A program made the translations under genes and the position numbers. Source: Myxococcota bacterium (GTDB lineage Bacteria; Myxococcota_A; SURF-8). Taken from it: 64,000 nucleotides of DNA. This document shows positions 19,950 to 28,417 of this stretch, piece by piece. Location of the stretch: contig OZ223209.1 in the NCBI GenBank assembly GCA_965140415.1, positions 2,976,001 through 3,040,000 of the forward strand. Direction: 5' to 3'. Numbering within the stretch: position 1 is the stretch's first letter; every line of letters begins with the position of its first letter. A model generated the notes under the pieces. That model was not told where the DNA came from and searched no databases. It worked only from the letters and a program-made list of their open reading frames with translations.

Positions 19950-21330
19950 TGAAGATGCATATAAAGGCTACCGTAACGCCGGAAAAGACAAACTGGTCGA
20001 GCAGGGCGTGGAAGTTTGGAGCGATGTGGAAGCCCAGACCGAACGCGGAATGTTCCGAGGAATCATTCTGCCGCGCTCGGAAACGGCGGACGATAAGCAC
20101 ATCGTGTTGAAATTGCAGACCGGCTACAACGTTGGGCTTCGTGCGGATAAAATTCTGTCAATGAAGCAGGTCGGTTATCGCGCTGCGAACTACAAAATCC
20201 CGGAAAAAGCGTTCCCGTTCGATCCCAAAAAACCGAAGGTCAAGCTTTTCGGTACTGGCGGCACCATCGCATCACGCTTGGATTATCGCACCGGTGCCGT
20301 GATTCCTGCTTTTTCTCCTGGCGAATTATACGGTTCCGTTCCGGAACTGGCCGATATCTGCAATCTGGAAACGGAAAAGCTGTTCGGTGTGTTCAGCGAA
20401 AACATGGGACCGGAGCAGTATATCGAAACCGCAAAAAACTGTGGCAAGGCAATCGAAGACGGCTACAGCGGCATCGTGATCGGTCATGGTACGGATACCA
20501 TGCATCACACCGCCGCCGTGTTAAGCTTCATGATTCAGGATTCACCGATTCCAATCGTGATGGTCGGCAGTCAGCGCAGTTCGGATCGTCCCAGTTCCGA
20601 TGCCGCCCGCAACCTGATTCACTCTGTTTATACTGCGGCACATTCGGACATCGCGGAAGTGATGGTCTGCATGTTCGGTCCCACGTCCGATCGCTACAAC
20701 CTGTTGCATCGCGGAACACGCGTTCGCAAGATGCACAGCAGTTACCGTTCGACTTTCCGCACGCTTTCCGATATTCCGTTGGCTCGCATTCAGGATCGCA
20801 AGATCGAGCACTTTACGGAAGATTATCGCAGGCGGCGCGATGACCGCACGGCAAAAATCACGCCGGTGTTCGATGACCGGGTGGCGATTGTCTACTACTA
20901 TCCGAACATGAAGCCGGATATCATCGAATCGCTAATCGATAACGGCTACAAGGGCATCGTAATTGCGGGAACGGGCTTGGGGCATGTCAACAAACCCTTG
21001 TACAGCGTACTTGAGAAAGCCTGCAAGAAAGACATCCACGTTTACATGACGGTGCAGACTCTCTATGGTTTCGTTCAAATGTACGTGTACGAGACCGGAC
21101 GTGAATTGATGCAGCTTGGAGTGGTTCCGGCTTCGAACATGCTGCCGGAAGTCGCTTATGTAAAACTGGGATGGGTGCTGGGGCAGACTCACGACCGCGC
21201 CGAGGTTCAGGAGATGATGCTGACTCCGATTTCGCGAGACATTACGGAACGTGAGCCGTACAACGGGTACACGATTTTACAGGGTGGCATTCCCGAAGTT
21301 GAAGCCGCTCTGCAAAAACTGTGGAAATAG
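19942..21330 (+). CDS. gatD: Glu-tRNA(Gln) amidotransferase subunit D (asparaginase-like glutaminase)
   Basis: N-terminal GatD domain (IVLKL.TGYNVG), TGGTIASRLDYRTGAV, HGTDTM, VGSQRSSDRPSSDA, RGTRVRKMHSS.R..F, GTGLGH, MLPEVAYVKL.WVLG. ATG 19942 overlaps the gatE stop. Confidence 0.93.
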   Translation: MISEDAYKGYRNAGKDKLVEQGVEVWSDVEAQTERGMFRGIILPRSETADDKHIVLKLQTGYNVGLRADKILSMKQVGYRAANYKIPEKAFPFDPKKPKVKLFGTGGTIASRLDYRTGAVIPAFSPGELYGSVPELADICNLETEKLFGVFSENMGPEQYIETAKNCGKAIEDGYSGIVIGHGTDTMHHTAAVLSFMIQDSPIPIVMVGSQRSSDRPSSDAARNLIHSVYTAAHSDIAEVMVCMFGPTSDRYNLLHRGTRVRKMHSSYRSTFRTLSDIPLARIQDRKIEHFTEDYRRRRDDRTAKITPVFDDRVAIVYYYPNMKPDIIESLIDNGYKGIVIAGTGLGHVNKPLYSVLEKACKKDIHVYMTVQTLYGFVQMYVYETGRELMQLGVVPASNMLPEVAYVKLGWVLGQTHDRAEVQEMMLTPISRDITEREPYNGYTILQGGIPEVEAALQKLWK

Positions 21331-21361
21331 GCTCTTGCCTCTCGCAATGCTATATACATAA

Positions 21362-21395
21362 AAAACGCTGACAGGAAATGAACTGTCGGCGTTTT
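21362..21395. terminator. Probable bidirectional terminator between gatD and the HAD gene
   Basis: Stem aaaacgctgacag/ctgtcggcgtttt (one G-U) between convergent genes. Confidence 0.65.
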
Positions 21396-21468
21396 GCGTT
21401 CTTTGGGGGCATGAAATATCTTGAGGCATCCTGGTGCTTCAGAAAACAGCAGTTGCACTCTGCAATTC

Positions 21469-21942
21469 CTATCGTCGTAGCGTGGCGATCAAACGCAATG
21501 GGTCCAGTAAACAATCCAAAGCGCATTCGATGGATTGAACCACCATGTCTCCTGCTATCAGAGCGCTTGTCGCGGCTCCTTCTTTTGCTCCAAGTACAAC
21601 GATACCCAATGAGGCTTCACGAAGCACCAACTCGTCATTCGCACCGTTGCCGAAGACGACGGTCCGCTCCGGCCCCAGTTTTCTTAAAATTTCGAGCTTG
21701 GCTTCTCGGGCAGGTCGATCAGCCGGGATGATGGTCAACGGCAGTCCTAGCTCTTCAGAAATCCGCTTTCCAGCACCGCGTGTGTCGCTTGTAACCAAGT
21801 GAAGCGATAATTTCTCGGAGAGCTGACGTACCTTGTCTTTTGTCACCTCGGTCAATTGGCCAAGATCGGCCAGCGTGCCGTTTAAATCGAAAAAGGCATG
21901 TGTTAGTTCAAGGGTTTTAAAGCCGGGGATGTCGATTTTCAT
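21469..21942 (-). CDS. HAD-family hydrolase, soluble P-type ATPase-like phosphatase
   Basis: MKIDIPG...L....FDLNGTLA..G, LVTSDTRG, K, FGNGANDELVL..A.LGI.V...EGA, DP.RL.ATLR. ATG 21942 has a GAGG RBS. Confidence 0.82.
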   Translation of the reverse strand: MKIDIPGFKTLELTHAFFDLNGTLADLGQLTEVTKDKVRQLSEKLSLHLVTSDTRGAGKRISEELGLPLTIIPADRPAREAKLEILRKLGPERTVVFGNGANDELVLREASLGIVVLGAKEGAATSALIAGDMVVQSIECALDCLLDPLRLIATLRR

Positions 21943-22234
21943 ATACGACCTCGCTTTATCATGCTTTACACTCGTACTGATCGTTTCAGCAGCGAATGAA
22001 TGATTGAGGAAGAGTTCACTATGAATGTACAAGGAATCGATAAAAGAATCAATTGGAATAGGAAACACATCTGTCTGTATCCAAATCTGGGTTGCTAGCA
22101 ATATGTAGTATTGATGGACAAAGAGCAGACGAAAAAAGCTTTCCGACAACCTTTATCCACAGTACAATTAAACCGAATTTAAAGTGCATCTGGGGGATAA
22201 GCGGTTGTTTTCCACTACTGATTAAGGACTTTTC

Positions 22235-24241
22235 ATGGATATCGAACTGTCAACATCGTTCTGTCATGTAAAGGAATTTCGAATCCTCATCAATGAAAAC
22301 AGGAAACAACTTCTGTCAGAAGATAGCCGTAGTTGGCTGAAAAGCCGGTATACGTCGTTGCAATCTATTTTGAAGGTGGAAAAAGAAGTATTGCTGACGT
22401 GGAAAGCCGTTCCGTTCTCTACGCCTCTTTCGTTTCCTGAATCACATAAGGAGCAATCTTTTTTCGGGACGTTATATTCGCGGATTCTGCTTTTGTGGAT
22501 TTCGTTGCAGTTGCTGTTTCTAACCAAAAGAGAAAAACAATATGAGGAAATCCGGTCGTTTTATTACTTTCTATTTACAATTCAACGATCGAAGAGTCTG
22601 TATCTGAAGGTCGTAGAGGAAGACCTGGCTGAATTGGCAGCAAAAGCGAAATCGTCAAAAGCAGATTTGCAACTGTTGAGTTTTCAGAAAACGAGCGTTT
22701 CTCCAGCAAAGCTCTCGGTAATCGTGGACTGGCTCGAACCACGTGCCTATAGCATACCGCTCTTTCGAGGACTATTTTTCCTGCAACCACGGGAAAAGAT
22801 CCGAGCAAAGAAGATTATCACTACGATCCAGGAAAAAATTGGGAACTTTTATAACGAACAGCATAAGGGGTTGCAGAATTTCCTGCAAACCAGTGCAGCT
22901 AATACGCAAAACTACCTTGGCACATTGCAAGCCTATGACTCGGAAGAAGATAAGCAGGATGAAAGCACTACGGCTGCCGCCAAAGCTCGTTCGGAAAGGC
23001 TGGTAGACTCTTTTGAACGCAATTTTTTGGTGAAATTGCAAGAAGTCCAGAAGGTTGTGGAATTTCGAATTGTTGAAACAATCGACACTGTCGTGTCGTT
23101 GCGTAACCGAACATGGATTAACGTTAAGCGCAAATTGTTGATTTCTGAAATGGATCGCGCCAGAAACTGGCGCAAGCAAATGAATGAGCGTGCTGACCGG
23201 TATTTTCAGGAAAAAGAAGAAAAGATCGGACTTTGGGTGAACGAGACTTTGAAGCCTGCAATGGGACTCACCCAGCGGGTGAGAATTCAATCGTCCGCTT
23301 CCAAATTGGATGAGCGCTGGCTTTCTCCACCGGATGCGCCTTCCGATTTAATCGATGTCATGCTGGACAGTCAAAATCCTTCTCTGATGATCGTACCTGA
23401 ACCGGTCGTTAGAATCCTTTCCGATCTGAGAGCGTATTACAAATCCAACCACTGCGGCAATCTGCTATATGTGACCGATCATCAGACCGGCTCGTTCGGA
23501 GTGCTCGGTTATCTGGTTCGTAAGGAATTCAAAGACGCCACATTCCGGGTTTATCGCCATCGAAAAACGATGCCCATTGCCCGTGTGGCGGATTTTTCGG
23601 AAGATGTCCTGTTGTTCGATGATTTCGAACGGTTGGTATACTTGAATGAGCGCCACATTCACCAGGCTCAAGCGCTGGTGCAACAGCTACTCAATTCAAA
23701 CAAATTAACGATCATTTCGGTACACCATGCCGTGGCGAAGCAGCTTCGTCTTGCCGTTCCCGGGTTCAATCGCTTCCTTTTCCAGATCGATTTCAGCAAG
23801 TATGAATTTGAAGCGTTCAAAAATATCATTTCAAGGCGTATGCTGGTAACTGGCTACCAATTTGAATACGATGATGAGAATGAGTTCTGGTCCAGACTGT
23901 ATCAAGCGAGTTCCGGCTTGCCTGGCGTAGGACTGCGTCTCTTTTTAAAATGCGTCAAGCAAGTGAACCGACAGACGATCACACTGCACTACGATCTGCC
24001 TGGAATGAAGGATTTGCTTTCCAGACTTTCGCTGGACGAGAAACTTCTACTGCGACGCATCTACATGCATCCTCAAGTTTCGGAAACCTTACTAGAGGAA
24101 GATGATTTTCCGAACTTCCGAACCTTGCTGGCTTCCATGAAGAACATGGGTATTCTTTTGGAAAATCAGAAACTCTATGAGATCAGGCCGGAAATTTTGG
24201 GGCAACTTCGGGATCACTTGGTCCAGTCGAATCTGCTATAA
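22235..24241 (+). CDS. Hypothetical protein with coiled-coil region and degenerate C-terminal P-loop NTPase-like fold
   Basis: 668-aa ORF with AAGGA RBS; Walker-B-like VLLFDDFE, SSGLPGV.L helix motif and a wHTH-like end; no canonical Walker A. Confidence 0.55.
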   Translation: MDIELSTSFCHVKEFRILINENRKQLLSEDSRSWLKSRYTSLQSILKVEKEVLLTWKAVPFSTPLSFPESHKEQSFFGTLYSRILLLWISLQLLFLTKREKQYEEIRSFYYFLFTIQRSKSLYLKVVEEDLAELAAKAKSSKADLQLLSFQKTSVSPAKLSVIVDWLEPRAYSIPLFRGLFFLQPREKIRAKKIITTIQEKIGNFYNEQHKGLQNFLQTSAANTQNYLGTLQAYDSEEDKQDESTTAAAKARSERLVDSFERNFLVKLQEVQKVVEFRIVETIDTVVSLRNRTWINVKRKLLISEMDRARNWRKQMNERADRYFQEKEEKIGLWVNETLKPAMGLTQRVRIQSSASKLDERWLSPPDAPSDLIDVMLDSQNPSLMIVPEPVVRILSDLRAYYKSNHCGNLLYVTDHQTGSFGVLGYLVRKEFKDATFRVYRHRKTMPIARVADFSEDVLLFDDFERLVYLNERHIHQAQALVQQLLNSNKLTIISVHHAVAKQLRLAVPGFNRFLFQIDFSKYEFEAFKNIISRRMLVTGYQFEYDDENEFWSRLYQASSGLPGVGLRLFLKCVKQVNRQTITLHYDLPGMKDLLSRLSLDEKLLLRRIYMHPQVSETLLEEDDFPNFRTLLASMKNMGILLENQKLYEIRPEILGQLRDHLVQSNLL

Positions 24242-24250
24242 AGGGCAACG

Positions 24251-25081
24251 ATGGAACACGTTCAAAATCTGATGTCGCGTTTTGAATTGACCTGGCTGCA
24301 AGTCGGATTCTCTTTAGTTATTTTGTTTGCGGCCTATTTCCTGAATCAAATATTACTGAAGTTCAGCCTGTACCTGTACCAACAGCAGGTATTGTGGCTG
24401 CGAAAACTTCGGTTCTGGGTGCCGCTTGTTCGCATCATCATCTGGTTTTCGAGTATCTTTTTCGCAATCAGAGTGCTTCATCCACCAACCGAATTGCTCT
24501 TTGCACTGGCGACTTCTGCCGGTGTTGCTGTCGGTTTGGCTGCCCAGGAACTTGTAAAATATATATTTGGAACGGTCATTATCTGGGCCGATCGGGTCTA
24601 TCAAGAAGGTGATCGCGTTACAATAGGAGATGTGGAGGGAATCGTTCAGACTATCGGGTTACGGTCAACAAAAGTCTGGGCTTTCGATGACACCATCATC
24701 GTCATTCCAAACTCCAAGTTGCTTGATGTCGTCGTCTATAACGCCAACTCCGGTGCGCCCTCCGAACAGATCCTGATAGATTTGTATGTTCCTTTGGATG
24801 CCGATACGGACAAGGCTGCTAAGCTTGCACGTTTGGCCGCCATCAGTTGCGATCTTGTGGAGCCGCTTAAACCTGTTGGTGTGTTGGTGAATGACTATTT
24901 TGAAAAGGACACTCCGTTTTCTCGAATTCGGTTAAAGGTATACGTCCGAAATATCATCAACGAGAAACGGCTTGTCAGTGATGTTACCACGAAGGCCAAG
25001 CGTTTGTTCCGTGAAAACGGCATTTACAGCAACACCTCAGAACCGCAACAGAATCAAGAACATACTGCCACTGCTCAATAG
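24251..25081 (+). CDS. MscS-family mechanosensitive channel
   Basis: Three TM helices, AVGLAAQ......FG.....DR.Y..GDRV.IG...G.V..IGLRST......IPNS. Confidence 0.85.
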   Translation: MEHVQNLMSRFELTWLQVGFSLVILFAAYFLNQILLKFSLYLYQQQVLWLRKLRFWVPLVRIIIWFSSIFFAIRVLHPPTELLFALATSAGVAVGLAAQELVKYIFGTVIIWADRVYQEGDRVTIGDVEGIVQTIGLRSTKVWAFDDTIIVIPNSKLLDVVVYNANSGAPSEQILIDLYVPLDADTDKAAKLARLAAISCDLVEPLKPVGVLVNDYFEKDTPFSRIRLKVYVRNIINEKRLVSDVTTKAKRLFRENGIYSNTSEPQQNQEHTATAQ

Positions 25082-25105
25082 ATCTACCAGTTGAATTGAA
25101 CAAAA

Positions 25106-25130
25106 AATGCCTTCGAATTGCGAAGGCATT
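25106..25130 (-). terminator. Rho-independent terminator
   Basis: Stem aatgccttcg/cgaaggcatt, followed by U6 on the minus strand; lies between convergent genes. Confidence 0.7.
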
Positions 25131-25188
25131 AACAATTAAGTAGGAATTTCGTACTTTTACAAATTCAAGCAAGGCTCTTGAATCGGCA

Positions 25189-25656
25189 TTACCCTAGCTT
25201 GCGGCGCAGCCAGTCCATTTTTTCTTGTCGACCGTCTTTCATGTAACCCAACACCATTTTCTCCAGTTTCTTCCCCATCAAAGGGATCGAAATGTCGATG
25301 TTGATTTTATCGATAAAGGTGCAGGTGGCATCTCCCGTCGACACGATTTCCGTCGTTCCACTGACTTTGGATTTCGCGGCCATGCCATCCGCATCACGAG
25401 TCCATGTACATAAGCGGCGATCTAGATCCCAGTTGAAAGTCATATGAGCTTTGATGGTTCCGATGCCGGGGATCGGCTCGTCCAGATCGACTTTCATGAC
25501 GGCTTTGCTGTCGGATTTCTCGGCCAATGTGGCTTTCGGGGAAATTCCTTTCTGAACGACGGTCCATTCTTCGACCAGCTTTTCGTTTAGCATGCCCTCC
25601 ATAACGGTGCTTGCAGGAATGTTTAATTCATCTTTGAATTCAATAGTTTGTGCCAT
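25189..25656 (-). CDS. DUF2505/START(SRPBCC)-like small protein
   Basis: 155 aa; C-terminal .SIPLMGKKLEK motif typical of DUF2505. ATG 25656 follows a GGAGG RBS. Confidence 0.6.
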   Translation of the reverse strand: MAQTIEFKDELNIPASTVMEGMLNEKLVEEWTVVQKGISPKATLAEKSDSKAVMKVDLDEPIPGIGTIKAHMTFNWDLDRRLCTWTRDADGMAAKSKVSGTTEIVSTGDATCTFIDKINIDISIPLMGKKLEKMVLGYMKDGRQEKMDWLRRKLG

Positions 25657-25798
25657 ACTGTCCTCCAAGTGGGTGCAAAAAATCGAAAACGATTAACGCA
25701 TTATATGAAGCCTCGCTTGACTCGGCAAATAATTTCTTGAATTAAGGCTACCTCTAAACAAACGGTTGTAGGTGCTTCGAATTCAATCCGGATTAATT

Positions 25799-28402
25799 TC
25801 AACGTTTGCGCTTTCTTCGTCCACCGCGACCGATTTTAGGCAAGCGATCGATTGCACGCTGCGTTTTGCGGGGAGTACGAGCATCGTTTCGCTGAATCGG
25901 CTGCAAGGGCGCCCCCGGATCTTGCTGGGGTTGTTCCACCGCTTTTTTCGGATCGACGGCCATCCAGGAGCGAATGGCATGTAAGCGGATATCCAGCATG
26001 AGTTGTTGGAACATCAACCCGATTTCCCTGCGGAATTCAACCAGGGGATCGAGGTTGCTATAGCTTCTTAAGCCAACTCCTTCTTCGACGCGTTCCGAGT
26101 CGGTTAAAAATTGCGTCCACAATCGATCTACGGTTTGTAGCAGAACGCCACGCTCCCATTTGACGAGCAACTCGTCCAAGTCCGTACCGTAGCGCTGCTC
26201 GTATAGTTCTTTAAACCATAACCGGAATTCATCTGAATTGTCGGGAATGTCATCTGTTCCTGCCACGGTCGCCACCCCGAAGATTCGTTCCCGTACGGCA
26301 TTCCAAATGCTGTTTTCCAACTCGTTTTTAGCGATTTCGTTATCTTCACTTAAGCGAGTTCTGGTTTCCTGCTCCAGTTGGTCGATCAGTTCTTCAATCA
26401 ATTCTTCCGATTGCTTCTGCCAGCTTTCCAACTTGTCGCTATGAAGCAGGCTTCGTCGCCATTGCCAGATTGTTTCGCGGCGGTCATGGATCACGGAATC
26501 ATATTTGAACACTTCCAACCGGATCGCCTGGTTTTCTACCTCCACTTTAGAGCGTAAGGCTTCCAATGCCGTACGGATTTTTGCATTGTCCACCGGTTCG
26601 TCCTGTGGATGATCTGCCAGGTATTGCTGCAATTCCTCAAGAATTTTCTGTTGTCCGAAGGCACGGTAAACGGGATCTTCTATCGAGATGAAGTAGATTG
26701 TGGAACCGGGATCACCTTGTCTGCCCGCTCGTCCTCGCAGTTGGTTGTCGATGCGCACTGACTCATGCAGTCCTGTGCCGATTACCTGCAAACCGCCGGC
26801 TTCGATGATGCGTTGCTGTTGCTGTTCCGCTTCTTGTTCGAAGCGTTGCAGAGAGCGTTGATAGCGTTCGCTGCCTTCTTCCGCCAGGGCTTTCGCTCGT
26901 AGCTTTGGATTGCCTCCCAGCAGGATGTCCGTACCGCGTCCTGCCATATTGGTGGAAATGGTTACTGCACCTGCACGTCCCGCTTGTGCGATGATTTCCG
27001 CTTCGCGTTTGTGATGCTTGGCATTGAGTACTTCATGTTGAATGCCGCTTTTTTTAAGAATGCGGGAAATCTGCTCCGATTCACGTACCGAGACCGTTCC
27101 AACCAGAACCGGTAGACCTTTACTCTGAAGCTCCTTTATTTCCTCCACAACCGCTTTGTGCTTTGCCTGTAGAGTCGTAAAAAGGATATTGTCATAGTCT
27201 TTTCGAATCATGCGACGATGCGTGGGGATGCGTACGACTTTGCGGGAATAGATTTTCTGAAATTCGTCCCGCTCGCTCCATGCCGTACCGGTCATTCCGG
27301 AAAGACCATAGTAGGAACGAAAGAAGTGTTGATAACTTGTTTTAGCGAGAGTGATATCCTCGCTTTTGATCGTCACGCCTTCCTTGGCTTCCAGGGCCTG
27401 ATGAAGACCGTCTGAGAAACGTTTATCTTCGGAAACCCGCCCGGTATGCTCATCGACCAGCAGAACCTCACCATCTTGCACGATATAGTCCACATCCAAT
27501 TCGAAAATGGCATGGGCTTGCAGGGATTGATGCGTAGCGTGCATCCAGCGAAGGTTCTCCGGTTTTGAAAGAGATCCAACACCTAATGCGTTTTCCACTT
27601 CCGTCAGGCCTTCCTCTGTTAAGGACGCCGTACGAGTGCGACGGTCGGCCTTGAAGTGAATTTCCGGATTTAGCGTGCGCATCACACGATCCATCGCCTT
27701 GAAGAAGCTAGGATCGTCTTGCGCCTGTCCACTGATGATCAATGGGGTCTGGGCTTCGTCGATCAACAACAGGTCCACCTCATCTACAATGGCATAATGC
27801 AGATCGCGGTGAACCGTTTCTTCTAAAGAAGGAGCCAGGTTGTCGCGCAGGTAATCGAAAACGATTTCATGGTTTGTGCCATACGTGATATCGCAGGCAT
27901 AAGCGGATTTGCGGGCTTGAGTATCCGACTGGTTCCCATCACCCATGTTTTCCTGAATACAACCAACCGACATCCCGAGGAATTCATACACCGGCCCCAT
28001 CCAGAAGGCGTCACGCTCTGCCAGGTAATCGTTAACCGTAACAACGTGAACGCCTTTTCCCGCTAGAGCGTGCAAATACGCGGGTAATGTCGCAACCAGT
28101 GTTTTTCCTTCGCCCGTGCGCATTTCGATGATGCGCCCACGTGCCAGTTCCACACCACCGAGCAGTTGTACGTCGAAGTGTCGCAACCCTATGCTGCGCC
28201 GTGATGCTTCACGAACCACCGCGAAGGCTTCAGGGATCAGATCCGTGATTGAACCTCCCTGTTGGAGGCGAAGTTTGAAATCGTCCGTTTTGGCGCGAAG
28301 TTGCTCATCAGAGAGAGACTGAATCGGGGATTCAAAGGTATTGATTCGTTTCACTACAGAACGCGCTGAAGGTTCCCATATGGACTGCAACCATCCTGGC
28401 AT
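25799..28402 (-). CDS. secA: Preprotein translocase ATPase SecA (divergent; no C-terminal SEC-C zinc finger)
   Basis: EMRTGEGKTL, HVVTVNDYLAERD, DYLRDN, VDEVD..LIDEA.TPLIISG, GMTGTA, TNMAGRGTDI.LGG, QLRGRAGRQGDPG, DPLVEF. Confidence 0.88.
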   Translation of the reverse strand: MPGWLQSIWEPSARSVVKRINTFESPIQSLSDEQLRAKTDDFKLRLQQGGSITDLIPEAFAVVREASRRSIGLRHFDVQLLGGVELARGRIIEMRTGEGKTLVATLPAYLHALAGKGVHVVTVNDYLAERDAFWMGPVYEFLGMSVGCIQENMGDGNQSDTQARKSAYACDITYGTNHEIVFDYLRDNLAPSLEETVHRDLHYAIVDEVDLLLIDEAQTPLIISGQAQDDPSFFKAMDRVMRTLNPEIHFKADRRTRTASLTEEGLTEVENALGVGSLSKPENLRWMHATHQSLQAHAIFELDVDYIVQDGEVLLVDEHTGRVSEDKRFSDGLHQALEAKEGVTIKSEDITLAKTSYQHFFRSYYGLSGMTGTAWSERDEFQKIYSRKVVRIPTHRRMIRKDYDNILFTTLQAKHKAVVEEIKELQSKGLPVLVGTVSVRESEQISRILKKSGIQHEVLNAKHHKREAEIIAQAGRAGAVTISTNMAGRGTDILLGGNPKLRAKALAEEGSERYQRSLQRFEQEAEQQQQRIIEAGGLQVIGTGLHESVRIDNQLRGRAGRQGDPGSTIYFISIEDPVYRAFGQQKILEELQQYLADHPQDEPVDNAKIRTALEALRSKVEVENQAIRLEVFKYDSVIHDRRETIWQWRRSLLHSDKLESWQKQSEELIEELIDQLEQETRTRLSEDNEIAKNELENSIWNAVRERIFGVATVAGTDDIPDNSDEFRLWFKELYEQRYGTDLDELLVKWERGVLLQTVDRLWTQFLTDSERVEEGVGLRSYSNLDPLVEFRREIGLMFQQLMLDIRLHAIRSWMAVDPKKAVEQPQQDPGAPLQPIQRNDARTPRKTQRAIDRLPKIGRGGRRKRKR

Positions 28403-28417
28403 TAGTACGACTCACTC

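Noticed and set aside
18000-21330. Ordinary GatB plus L-asparaginase
   Set aside because: GatE-specific motifs and insertion domain, and the GatD N-terminal domain and SQRSSDRPSSD motif, are present; no gatA or gatC is adjacent.
21943-22149. N-terminal extension of the HAD ORF called at 22149
   Set aside because: The family starts at MKIDIPG with an RBS; the upstream part is probably intergenic promoter sequence.
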